A DNA stretch of 36,933 nt. It comes from Chiloscyllium plagiosum (taxonomy: Eukaryota). The notes under the pieces are model-generated. The model made no database searches and was not told where the DNA came from. It worked only from the letters and a program-made list of their open reading frames with translations. The stretch covers positions 18,580,926-18,617,858 of the forward strand of contig NC_057749.1 of the NCBI RefSeq assembly GCF_004010195.1, in the 5' to 3' direction. The number at the start of each line of letters is the position of its first letter. Position 1 is the first letter of the stretch. Made by a program: the position numbers and the translations under genes. Shown piece after piece: positions 1-10,459 of this stretch.

Positions 1-56
1 CGTTGCGGGGGCGAGGGCACGTTGCGGGGGCGAGGGCACGTTGCGGGGGCAAGGGC
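1..56. repeat. 19-bp G-rich tandem repeat (CGTTGCGGGGGCGAGGGCA), ~3 units, probably continuing upstream of the window
   Basis: Identical units at 1-19 and 20-38; variant unit at 39-56. Confidence 0.95.
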
Positions 57-970
57 GTGTAGCAGGGGGTGACACTGAGCTACAAGGTTTGATATGCTCA
101 CCTTATGTTTTTGGGACATTGGGAAAAGGTAAGCAAAGGCCGACTCCGAGAGATTGGATGACTGGTGACTTCCGGAGGTGCAATGCCTATAGGGTTGATG
201 GGGATGATGATATTTGGGTGCTCATGGTGAGACAGAACATAGAATTCTCAGTCCAAGGAGCAGCCACTGATGTCTTCCATTGTCCTGTAAAACCCAAGTG
301 TGCAATGGAATTGCAAGTGGCTATGTCCACAGCAAAGTGGTGGTAGCAGTGGTGGGGAGCACAGATGCTGCCATTTTTGAGGGACTTGTCTACAACTTAC
401 AGCAATGTGGGGTTTTTCAAAAGATAACACCAATAAACGCACAGGCATACAACCAAGATAAAACACACTTGTGAGCTCAATGTTCCTTGTCAGTATACGA
501 TATTGATGCAAACCCTCCCAACCATTTCATGCAGGATAATAGCCAGACCCCACTAATACATATGATGCAACAGCAATGCCTCTGCACCTAGAAAGATGCA
601 GCTTTGTTGTCAAAAGACATAGACACCTATAATTCACTCACTAAATGCTCACAGTGCAGTAGATTTTCCATTCACACTTTAATCTTGGGACATCATGCAG
701 CATTAAGGATGTGTGGTTTTAGTTCCTTCAAGGTTGCAAATGTGGCCACACTGCCTCTCGCAAACAGATGATAGTGAGAAATGTATTTATAATCAAGTAG
801 CAACCATGTCACCTTGTCAAACAATCTCCTTCTTTCTCTCCTCCCACTATGTCTCAGAGCAATCCTTGGGACTGCAGCTGAGTTGGAGGGGGTCTGCCAT
901 AAAGCACTGATCAGCCGATCCCAGACACGTCTGTATCTCAACAGCCCAGACATGCTGAGCCATAGGGCTG

Positions 971-1192
971 GAGAAAGTGAGGACTGCAGATGCTGGAGAT
1001 CAGAGCTGAAAATGTGTTGCTGGAAAAGCGCAGCAGGTCAGGCAGCATCCAAGGAACAGGAGAATCGACGTTTCGGGCACAAGCCCTGAAGAAGGATTCC
1101 TGAGGAAGGGCTTGTGCCCGAAATGTTGATTCTCCTGTTCCTTGGATGCTGCCTGACCTGCTGCGCTTTTCCAGCAACACATTTTCAACATT
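971..1192. mobile_element. Palindromic insertion of two inverted Penelope-like terminal repeats (pLTRs) with a 12-bp TSD
   Basis: 80-bp arms at 1007-1086 and 1108-1187 (2 mismatches). Arm sequence matches the PLE tail at 2333-2420. GCCATAGGGCTG flanks at 959-970 and 1193-1204. Confidence 0.9.
1100..1128 (+). ncRNA. Minimal hammerhead ribozyme motif, slightly decayed
   Basis: CTGAGGA-A-GGGC-ttgt-GCCC-GAAA-TGTT: CUGANGA core, 4-bp stem II and GAAA. Stem III shows CpG-type decay relative to GAAACGTC. Confidence 0.6.
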
Positions 1193-1959
1193 GCCATAGG
1201 GCTGTCATGACAGGCATGGGTGAGGTGGGAGACCTGGCCATCTCTACAATGGAAACCTGAGGGCTCCGTATGCAGTTCTTCATCCAATGGGTATCTGCTA
1301 GCACAGACCTTTGTGAGGAAGGGGCACGAAGAGTAAGGTCAAAGTCCCTTGTCCACTTGAGTAGTCTGACTGAACATTTGATTATGCTGAAGCCCCTGGA
1401 CCAATATCCAATACACCCCTTGTTTACTGTGCTGGGATCCTCTGAGTGATGGATATCTCCTGGGACATCAGTGGGAACTACTACCCATAAGCCTCTGAAA
1501 CATGGCTGCTTGCTTGAAGCACATGCAGTATGCTTGTTGTGCATACAGTTGGCACATGGTACAGGTGTGAGAAATGTCAGTGATATGCCAAACAGCAACA
1601 TATCCACTTCCTAGTCTCCCCACAGTCCCACTTTATTCTTTATGAAGAAATGTCATACATAGTCATGGACCATCACTTCCCCACAGCTGAGATTAGCAAA
1701 TGGCTGGCTACATGAGGGTGTGGGTTTTGTTAGCAGCAGCCCTACCTGTACGTGGAACTACATGTTCATTTCCCACATGCCACACCCCTTCAACATCCTC
1801 TCTGTGTACAGACCTTTATTCAAATATATCATCAAGAGTCAGATTGACTTAAATAAAACTATATTCTTGTACTTACAATGCATAATGATGCAAGTGGATA
1901 AAAATAACCAAGTTGTGTGAAAGGATGCTTTAGTGCCCTGTTACAATCGAAAGCAATCA

Positions 1960-2432
1960 TTCACTCCCCCTCCCACTCTGCCGAGGACATGCAGGTCCTG
2001 GGCCTCCTCCATTGCCACTCCCTCACCACCCGACGCCTGGAGGAAGAACGCCTCATCTTCCGCCTTGGAACCCTTCAATCCCATGGCATCAACGTGGACT
2101 TCACTAGTTTCCTCATTTCCCCTCCTCTCACTTTACCCTAGTTCTAATCTTCAGCTCAGCACCGTCGGCATGACCTGTCCCACCTGTCCATTTTCCTTCC
2201 CACCTATCTGCTCCACTCTCCTTTCCAACCTATCACATTCATGCCCACCTCCATCTACCTACTGCACTCTCAGCCACCTTCCCCCCCAGCCCCACTCCCC
2301 TCCCATTTATCTCTCCACTCATTCCTGGTGAAGGGCTTTCGCACGAAACCTCGATTGTCCTGCTCCTCGGATGCTGCCTGACCTGCTGTGCTTTTCCAGC
2401 ACCACTCTAATCTTGACTCTAATCTCCAGCAT
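1960..2432 (+). mobile_element. Penelope-like element, 3' part (endonuclease C-terminus, 3' UTR, pLTR)
   Basis: Peptide SPSHSAEDMQVLGLLHC...RRLEEERLIFRLGTLQSHGINVDF is typical of a PLE C-terminus. Pyrimidine-rich UTR follows; degenerate HHR CTGGTGAAGGGC..GCACGAAAC at 2325-2349. Confidence 0.85.
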
Positions 2433-2559
2433 CTGCATTACCCATTTTCGCCACAAGTTCAATTGCTGGGGGAAGACAATGAAGTGATGACATTTTGTGA
2501 ATGAAGTTGCATGCCCGACACTGTTGCTGATTTCCACCACCTGTGAAGGCGGCTTTCAT

Positions 2560-3005
2560 GACATAGCCCTGAGATTGTTGTGGACTCCCTGCCACTGCCA
2601 ACCCTGGAGAAAAGCATTTCTCTCCTGCTATCCTGACGACACCTTTAATCACCTTAAGCAACTCAATGAGTGTGTGTTCTGAAGAAGAGCTACCACACTT
2701 GAAACATTAACTCTGTTTTCTCCCCACAGCTGCTGCTGGACCTGCTAAATTTCTCCAGCGACTTCTGTTTTTGGTTCAATGAGATCGCTCCTTCACCGTA
2801 TAAAAGTAAAATAAATCATCTATGCAACCTGTTCTCATAAATTAACCCTGTTAGCCCTAGGATTATTCTGGCGAATCTGATCCTTTCAAGTCTAATATAT
2901 CCTTCCTGAGGCATGGCGCCCAGACTCAAGAGCATCATCCCACATACAGTCTAATAACAGCCTTGCTCAACTGCAGCACAACGACTCTCCCTTTTGTATT
3001 CCAGC
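2560..3005 (-). mobile_element. Degraded CR1 LINE 3' fragment, interrupted by a PLE pLTR
   Basis: Antisense CR1 RT C-terminal sequence resembling other CR1 copies here (e.g. ATATCCTTCCTGAGG, CCCTGGAGAAAAGCATTTCTCTCC). Confidence 0.6.
2671..2775 (+). mobile_element. Solo PLE terminal repeat (second family) with HHR remnant and 8-bp TSD
   Basis: GTT-CTGAAGA-AGAG...CTT-GAAACATT-AAC at 2676-2711. TCAATGAG direct repeats at 2663-2670 and 2776-2783. Similar to tails at 17966-18060 and 22600-22700. Confidence 0.7.
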
Positions 3006-3276
3006 AATCAGAAAATATCTTAGAAGTAAAGGGGCTTTGATTTAATTTATCCCCACAAATGCAACCATGCCCCTCCAAAACACTGACAGTGCTAAGCAAG
3101 AGGGCAATTATTTCAACATGAAACAGGAGAACCGGGCAGTGGGCACACACACAGAACGCAAGCATTGTCCTCAGTCTTGAAAACCCAAATATGGCTGTAA
3201 GTTATTAGTTCCGATGGCACCTGCTCCTGATCTGCATTGCAGCAATTCCATTCTCTAGAGCACATGGGCTGGGCGT

Positions 3277-3295
3277 GGGGGGGGGGGGGGGGGGG
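3277..3295. repeat. Poly-G homopolymer (19 G)
   Basis: Directly visible. Confidence 0.95.
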
Positions 3296-4322
3296 TGGAG
3301 TTATTACAGGCATCTTTCCTGCTTGGAAAAATTCAAGCAGACAAGAATACATTTCCAGGGCGAGTTTCTGAGCTACAGACTCGCCTTGGCAGCTTAGATA
3401 AAAATCAATTATCACGTCATAAAAAAAAGGGGCACCTGGCAGTCATTGGCAGTGAATGACCAAGCACAGCAGCTGCTCTTAATGTTGAGCTCACAAAGCA
3501 GCCTGGCAGCACATTCTAATTACATGCTGCCTTGCCTCTCAGAGACTGTCAATTACTGGCCCTCTGCGTAGGCCCAACCCATTGTGAATTCACTGGAAAG
3601 GTTTTGATGTCAACTGCATAAATGCAGTGTTTTACATTCGCTATGCCGGATCTGATCTCTTACAGCTCACTTCACTGCATTAGCGATGAGGCGGTTTCAC
3701 ATTAGCACGCAATTAGTAGTTGGCCCATTACCATTGCTGCTTCCCTATGGCTCCGACTGCAATCACAAAGGAACCTTTCCTTCCCCAGCCCCCAACCTTC
3801 TGAAACCAAAACGTCCTTTGTAGAATAAAATCCACACATAAAAATGAGATGTATGCAAATCCTTGACACCGTGCAAGCAAATCTTCCTCAAGATGTGATT
3901 TGTTTTGGATTCCATTAGCAGTCAAACATCTATGCTGGCTCTGTGCCAGTCTGGGTCTACGCACCTTTGCGTTGTCATGCCAACCAAGACATACATGGTT
4001 CGCCTGTACTTACATCTCAGATAAAAGACTAGCATAATTAAAAGGACAAATGTAATATCTTTCCCATGACATATTTTCCACTGAAACATATTTCTTCTGA
4101 AATGTCTGTCAACTATTTTGCAGCCCTGTGAAGCAGCAGCCTGGAGATTATGCAGCAATGTGTTAAGCTGCCTAAATGGAAAATCATCTCAGTAACCCTG
4201 CACTCAATTTAAAAGGATCTTACAACCTCTGCTAAAAATACATCTTGTGCTGTCTTTCCAATACAGCTGGTGCACTCAAGTCAAGTCCATCTGCATCTGA
4301 GAGAGTAGAAGCTAAGCTTATA

Positions 4323-4445
4323 GTCTACTATGGCCACAGTTGCCTGAAAATGCCCAATCTCATCTGATCTCAAAGCTAAGCAAAACCTGACTTGATTAGT
4401 ACGTGGATGGAAGACCGCCTGAAAATATCAGGTGCAGTCAGCTTT
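4323..4445 (+). pseudogene. Degenerate full-length 5S rRNA-derived sequence
   Basis: Colinear with vertebrate 5S rRNA: GTCTAC..GGCCA, ATCTCATCTGATCTC, box A AGCTAAGCA, TTAGTAC, box C TGGATGGAAGACCGCCTG, and terminal GCTTT, with many substitutions. Confidence 0.9.
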
Positions 4446-4556
4446 GTGGTGCAGTAGTAGCGTTCCTACCTCCAAACCAGGAGGTCTGGGTTCAAGTCTC
4501 ACCTGTTCCAGAGGTGCGTAATAATACCTCTGAACAAGTGGATTAGAAGATACCTA
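4446..4556 (+). mobile_element. tRNA-like SINE segment fused directly to the 3' end of the 5S copy
   Basis: A-box-like TGGTGCAGTAG from 4447, B box GGGTTCAAGTCTC at 4488-4500, then hairpin TGTTCCAGAGGT/ACCTCTGAACA at 4504-4536. Confidence 0.7.
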
Positions 4557-4952
4557 CAATCTGCTTAAATGAGAGAAAGGTTGCATTAGCTAAACCTCAA
4601 ATACAATGTAAGCTCATTTCTACCATGCTTATGCTGTACAAAAGCTCTTTTATATTCCAACCCGATAATGACTGCAAAATCACACATAATACTAGTGATG
4701 CAGATATTAAGACTGCATAATATGCACTTGTTCATCCAGTTGTTTTGCCCCTAATGGCTTTAGTGAATTGGACAAGTCACAGCATTGAGGCCAACAACAC
4801 ACAGGTCTAACTGGTTTGGAAGCTGCAGCTTTAATACAGCAGTGTGCTATACTAAAGGGTGCAAATAGCACAACTGTAATGTTTTTGTCACTCAGTACTG
4901 AGCAGAGAGATTACTGAATAATAGCGCAAATATTCTGCTTTAAGAAAAACCG

Positions 4953-5368
4953 AATTTGCATTTATATAGCACCTTTAATGCTCTCAGGACATTTCAAAGC
5001 ATTTTGCAGAAAACAAAGTATTATTTAAAGTATTGCTGCTGTTGTATTGTAGGAAATTTGGCCATCGATTTCCACACAACAAGCTCTCATAGCCATGCAA
5101 ATCCTTCTTGAAGGATAAATACTGGTCAAAGCAAAATGGAGTACACTCCTGCTCTTTACTCAAGGAAGGCCTTAGGACATTTTGCACTGGCTTGTGCAGA
5201 TAGACAAAATCTAATGCTTAGGTTAATATCTCATTTGAAAGGCCAACTCCACAAATCCAGAATTATCAGTGTTACACTAGGATTGTTAGCTTGGATCAGG
5301 TGTTCAATTCTCTGGAATGGGACTTGAAACCCAAAACATTATGACTCAGAGGCAGGAGTGAGGTAGCA
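4953..5368 (-). mobile_element. Old DeuSINE-type (SacSINE1-like) tRNA SINE, near full length
   Basis: Antisense B box (GGGACTTGAAACCC, ~5319-5333), Deu-like core (TTAATATCTCATTTGAAAG, CTCCTGCTCTTT) and tail TTGCATTTATATAGCACCTTT. Recognised from a recalled consensus. Confidence 0.7.
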
Positions 5369-5929
5369 CAAACAGGCCAGCTCTGTTTTGAACTCACTCA
5401 ACAGTAAACACAAGGTAGCTCAAATAATTTACAGCAATACCCGGTTACTGCAAACATTTCACTTGGAAGCTCAGTTATGTTGATATCATCTTTCATTTAC
5501 ACAACCTGCTGAATGAACAAAATGAGTCAGGTTACACTGCCCCTTTGCAGCCATTCAAATAAAACAACCTTCAACTCAGGACTGAACAAGACTTCAATGT
5601 CACATACTTTACCACTTGTGTCTTGCACAACTGGTCAGCCTGAACAAGCAGTCTGTAGAACAAGTAGTTCAGGAGGGTGGATGGTGTCAGGAGTAAGGCA
5701 ATAATCATTCTGGTGGGTGCGGATTAACAATATGTCTAGTACTCACTGAGTTCATTCACGGTAGCTCACCAAGTCTGGCTGGTTATAGATATTTGAATGG
5801 GAGGTGCAATGGGTCAGGCACTGGACTTTCATCTGTTGGCCCTTGGATCAAATACAGTCCATAATTGGATGAAAATTACCACTTTCCATTTTTAAGGACA
5901 ATTTGAATGGATTTTGGACAATTTCAACA

Positions 5930-6382
5930 GAATCTACAACATGAGCATTTTAGCTATGAAGTTGGCTAGACTGGGTTTGCTTTCACGAGAATGCAGGAGG
6001 TTGAGGGGTGGTCTGATTGAAGTTTATAAGATTGCAAATGGCACGGATAGAATGGGAAGTATGAGGCTTTTCCCCCCCAGAGTGAAGGGGTCAATTAAGA
6101 GGGGACACAGGTTCAATGAGTGCGGGGAGTGGGGGGTGATGGTGGTGTAAAAGTTTAAAAGAGATAAAGAGTGTTGACTGCCTGGAACACATTGCCAGAG
6201 GGGGTGGTGGAAGCAGACACAATAGCAGCATTCAAGAAGCACCTTCACAAATACATGAATAGGAGGGGAACAGAGGGATTCAGATCCTGGAAGCGAAGAC
6301 AGTTTTAGTACAGAAGGGCAATATGTGTCGGCACAGGCTTGGAGGGCCGAAGGACCTGTTCCTGTGCTTTATTGTTCTTTGT
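5930..6382 (+). mobile_element. CR1 LINE 3' end
   Basis: LARLGLLSRECRRLRGGLIEVYKI motif; CR1 3' UTR GGGCCGAAGGACCTGTTCCTGTGC..TGTTCTTTG. Confidence 0.9.
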
Positions 6383-6759
6383 GATACCTTCCTAAATTCA
6401 GCAACTAAACTGCTTCTGAAGAGGCTATAGATTGGCTGATGCTTAAAATGGAAAATGCTAAAATGGTGAAGCAGAAAATGTTCTTCTGAGGTTGAATTTC
6501 ATCAGACTTATTAAAGAAAGCTTTATCAAGCATTCATTGCACCGGATGCAAATTCTCCCCCCAACTGTGTAAAGAAGTGAATGAAACTGTTGAAATAAAT
6601 AATTGATTTAAGGGAAAGTTAAATAACCACATGAGCGAGAGAAGATTGGAAGAATTAGCTAATAAGAAGCTAATGAGTATGCATAGCCTTATGTATAGAA
6701 TGAACATTGCACAGATGGACCGCACTAAATTATGGCAAGTTTACCGAGCAACTTATTTA

Positions 6760-6866
6760 ATTATTGCCCGTGAAAGCTTGCTATATACAAATTGGATGCC
6801 ATCCCTTCATTGTCTGTGAAGCGCTTTGACGTATTCTGAAAGGCACTATATAAATGCAAACTGTTC
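6760..6866 (+). mobile_element. DeuSINE-type 3' tail fragment
   Basis: TTCATTGTCTGTGAAGCGCTTTG...GAAAGGCACTATATAAATGCAA resembles the reverse complement of the 4953-5000 tail. Confidence 0.55.
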
Positions 6867-7239
6867 ATTTTTCCATTTACACCTAGATGAATAGATTCTG
6901 AAAGATAAAATAACTTCTTACAAAGGATTAGCGTTGTAAGATGGAAGTAGATTTTGCTCTCATGCTGGTTGTTTTCAAAAGCTCCAAAGGTCAACACACC
7001 ACACTTTTCTCTCCCTGCATAACATCGACCACATGTGGATGCAAAGAGAGCAGTGACAAATGTTATTCAATCGGTGAGTCACTTGCTAGATTGCACTGAC
7101 CACCATCAGGAACACACATTCACCCATGAAAAGCAGAAGTATGGTTCTTGATCCAGTATAAACCTAGTTTATCATGAACAATGCAGCATTTCATTGACTG
7201 TAGCTTAAGCTTAGAACCGTAACATCATTCAACAAGTTT

Positions 7240-7580
7240 TATAGAAGCTTATAAAATCATGAGGGGCATGGATAGGATAAATAGACAAAGTCTTTCCCCT
7301 GCGGGGGAGTCCAGAACTCGAGGGCATAAGTTCAGAGTGAGAGGGAAAGATATAAAAGGGACCAAAGGGGCAACATTTTCAGCAGAAGGTGGTGTGTGGA
7401 TGAAATGAGATGCCAAAGGAAATGGTGCAGGCTGGTACAATTACAGCATTTAAAAGGCAGTTGGATGGGTTTATGAATAGGAAGGGTTTAGAGGGATATG
7501 GGCCAAGTGCTGGCAAATGGGACAAGATTAGGTTGGGATATCTGGTCGGCATGGACGAGTTGGACCCAAGGGTCTGTCAG
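7240..7580 (+). mobile_element. CR1 LINE 3' end
   Basis: YKIMRGMDRINRQSL and TAFKRQLDGFMNRKGLEGYG; closely similar to 29130-29420. Confidence 0.9.
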
Positions 7581-7602
7581 AACCTTCAAAGTACAGTGGC
7601 TT

Positions 7603-7917
7603 GGCAGTGCGTGGCTTGGTGGTTAGCACTGCTGACTCACAGTGCTAGAGACCAGAGTTCGATTCCCGCCTTGGGTGACTGTCTGTGTGGAGTTTGCACA
7701 TTCTCCCAGCGTCTGTGTGGGTTTCCTCGGGGTGCACTGGTTTCCTCCCACAATCCATAGATGTGCAGGTTAGGTGAATTGGCCATGCTAAATTGCCCAT
7801 AGTCAGTTCCCACCCAACAGGGGAATGGGTTTGCGTGGGTTCCTCTTCAGACGGTCGGTGTGGACTTGTTGGGCTGAAGGGCCTGTTTCCATACTGTAGG
7901 GAATCTAATCCAATCCA
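7603..7917 (+). mobile_element. HE1-type V-SINE
   Basis: tRNA head (TGGTTAGCACTGCTGACTCACAG..GAGTTCGATTCCC), V-domain (GTGTGGAGTTTGCACATTCTCCC..GGTTTCCTCCCAC), CR1-like tail and AATCT/AATCC repeats. Confidence 0.85.
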
Positions 7918-7967
7918 AAGTGTTCACTGTTGGATTATTTTACATATTTCCTTGAGCAGGCTCAACA

Positions 7968-8411
7968 GGCAGCACGGTGGCTCAGTAGTTAGTACGGTGG
8001 CTCAGTAGTTAGTACGGTTGCCTCATAACACCAGGGACCCTTGGGCAACGTTTGTATGGAATTTACACATTTGTCCCGTGTCTGCGTGGGTTTCCTATGG
8101 GTGCTCCAATTTCCTCTCTCAGACCAATAATGTGAAGGATAGGTGAATTGGTGTGCAGAGGAACCTCGATTATCCGAATTTCAGATTTACTGGCAAGATC
8201 GCAAGGTCCCGATGCTTCGCTAAATTGTGTTACCCAGCATTTGATTATCCAAACTTTCGATTATCCAACAAAATACTCCTCGCCTGCGTCATTCGGATAA
8301 TCGAGCTTCCTCTGTATTAGCCATGGGAAATGCAGGGTTGCTCTTTGGAGGGGCAGTGTAAACGTGATGGGCCGAATGGCTTACTTCTACACTGTAGGGA
8401 TTCTATGATTC
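7968..8411 (+). mobile_element. Second HE1-type V-SINE, with duplicated A box, split by a MITE
   Basis: GGCAGCACGGTGGCTCAG head, V-domain remnant and tail GGGCCGAATGGC..CACTGTAGGGATTCTATGATTC. 20-bp tandem duplication at 7974-8013. Confidence 0.8.
8156..8314. mobile_element. 159-bp MITE (Tc1/mariner-pogo/Tigger-like)
   Basis: 24-bp TIRs CAGAGGAACCTCGATTATCCGAAT (8156-8179) and 8291-8314 with 1 mismatch. TA on the right flank, TG on the left. Confidence 0.85.
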
Positions 8412-8486
8412 TTGAAGACATTCTATCATTTGGTCATACACTTTTTCCAGTGAACTCACTTTAGAAGTGGCATAGTCACTAATGTC

Positions 8487-8646
8487 CAACCAGACTATAG
8501 GGCTGCTCGCTCCTTAGAGAGGTTTAACGTGAGGGTCATCACTCCTCGGGTGTGGGGAAAGGTCGAAGTGGTGGTCCTTCAATAGTAACCTCAGGTGGCA
8601 TGGGAACTGAATCCACACACAGCCATCCAGCCAACTAAGCTAACCA
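8487..8646 (-). mobile_element. Short tRNA-derived SINE (different family), degraded
   Basis: Reverse complement begins GGTTAGCTTAGTTGGCTGGATGGCTG (A-box-like) then GGATTCAGTTCCC (B-box-like). Confidence 0.55.
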
Positions 8647-10459
8647 ATAGGAAACAGGGTTATTTAGGAAAGTGTATTACAAGGATAGGTCTGTGCCCGA
8701 GAATGTTTTAATTTAAACAGCAGTGCTGAACTGAAGCTAAGAACTTACATTCAAGGAAGAAATGGGAACAGAAATAAAATTCAGGTCTCTTACAGAATTT
8801 GCAGACCAAAAATATGGCTTTGCCCTGTACCTTGAATTTTGATGATGCCTCATATATGCCACTTCTTAGGACAACCAAGCACTTTACATTTCAAGTAAAA
8901 TCACTGTTTGAGTAGGCAAACAATATGGTCAATTTGTACACTGAAAGGCCCAATAAGCAGCAACTTAAATGAACAATGAGATAATCACTGCTTTGTGGCA
9001 TTGATTGAAAGAGTAATGTTGGCCAGCATACAGGAGAAACACATTGCTCTTTGGCAAATGATGCACTGGGACCTCTTAAGTCTGTTTGAGCAGGCAGATG
9101 GAACCTTGGCAAAAATCTCATCTGAAAGCATGTTTGCATTTCTTTTTCCACCTTATTGCAGTTCAAGACTCTTTGCTCAAACAGAGATGTTGATTATAAG
9201 CCTTGAAAAATCACAGCTCTGGTGCAGTTGACTCCCCCTTTGAAAGTACCAACCAAGGAATAAATCGGCCACCAAGCTGAATCTGTTAAAACCCTGAAGA
9301 AAGACTTTGACCCACTCTTGATTCAGGGATTGAAAAAAACACAGGCTTTGTGCTGGAACATGATGGTGACGAAATGGTTTAAAAATAGGTTTGGAGTCCA
9401 GGCAAATTGGACAGATTGAAAGACCTGCCTCAATCCAGTTTATGATTTGAAAATAAAAACATTGCTGTTGAGAGGTTTGTAATGGAGTAATTATTGACTC
9501 CGTCATATGTTCCACCTTCAAACGCCTGTTCTTAATTCTATCAATCCGACATCTTTTTCAAATTGGAGACTGTAAATTCCATGAGTTACAAATATACTTG
9601 GTCTTGCTGCCAAAGCTTGAGCTCCAATCACATTTAATGAATTTAAAGTTAGCATCCAAAATGCTGGATTAATGGCATGTGAATGTTTAGATAGTGAGAA
9701 GCTTCCATCATCACCTGCTATTAACCTGGGTAAGAGGTGGAATAGACTGCCTTGGGGTAACTCATTTTCTTCCCTGGCGTTCATTAATGCTTTTCTATTT
9801 TGTGGGACAGTTCTCCACTAAGGACAGACACTGGGCATTTTTCCTTTCAAGTCACATTGTGTACATGAGCATCTACTGTGGGCGTGTTCAAACTCCAAGC
9901 CATGTACATCACCCAAGCTCTGGAAATCCAGCCCTTGCAATTCCAGCTCAACCAGCCTCTGGCTGCAAACCTTGAGAAAGTATATTCACCATTCTGTGAT
10001 GTGACCCTGCTATTGGAAATACGATGGACCGCGTTAATATTTACACAAGAAACCTATTTAAAGATCATCAGGTGGGCTCACAGTGTGATGCATTTGTATA
10101 TACTAGAAGCTACATACATATGACTCTGCATTACATATGCAAAGGAAATTGTACATATATTGTACCTTTTTCAATCTAAAGGGTCATTGAGACAGCTTTG
10201 TGTGCTCTATGCCCATTGCAACACCCTGACCAATCAGAAGCTACTTGCCTGATCTGAGAATTAAGATGGACAGATAATTCCCTGCCAATAATGGCCTAAC
10301 TAATCCACACCCCCTATTCATGCTGTCTTAAATGTTGTCTCTTTGTTCAAGTCCATGCTTTGCATCCCAATTGAGATGTGTACAAGGCAATAAACTTCAA
10401 CTTCTGGTCTCATTTTAGCAATGGTTAAGCTCTACCTTATTTGCTGTTTGGATTTTCGT

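Noticed and set aside
41..346. 101-aa ORF and a good donor AAG|GTAAGC at 128/129
   Set aside because: Starts at a non-ATG codon inside the minisatellite; no recognisable homology or acceptor.
814..1287. Overlapping ORFs on both strands sharing LKMCCWKSAAGQAASKEQEN
   Set aside because: A consequence of the pLTR palindrome, not coding.
1185..1607. 140-aa minus ORF, and a faint Harbinger-like GYLLG..TWLL echo on the plus strand near 1450-1515
   Set aside because: Too short and frame-shifted to support; no other transposase motifs found.
4323..4445. Functional 5S rRNA gene
   Set aside because: Many substitutions, altered box A and box C, no T4 terminator and no tandem array.
5800..5870. Possible tRNA-like SINE head (GGTGCAATGGG..GGATCAAATAC)
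   Set aside because: Too degenerate to call.
7603..7675. tRNA genes at SINE heads (also 23311 and 31165)
   Set aside because: Followed by V-domain and LINE-like tails, so they are SINE promoters rather than tRNA genes.
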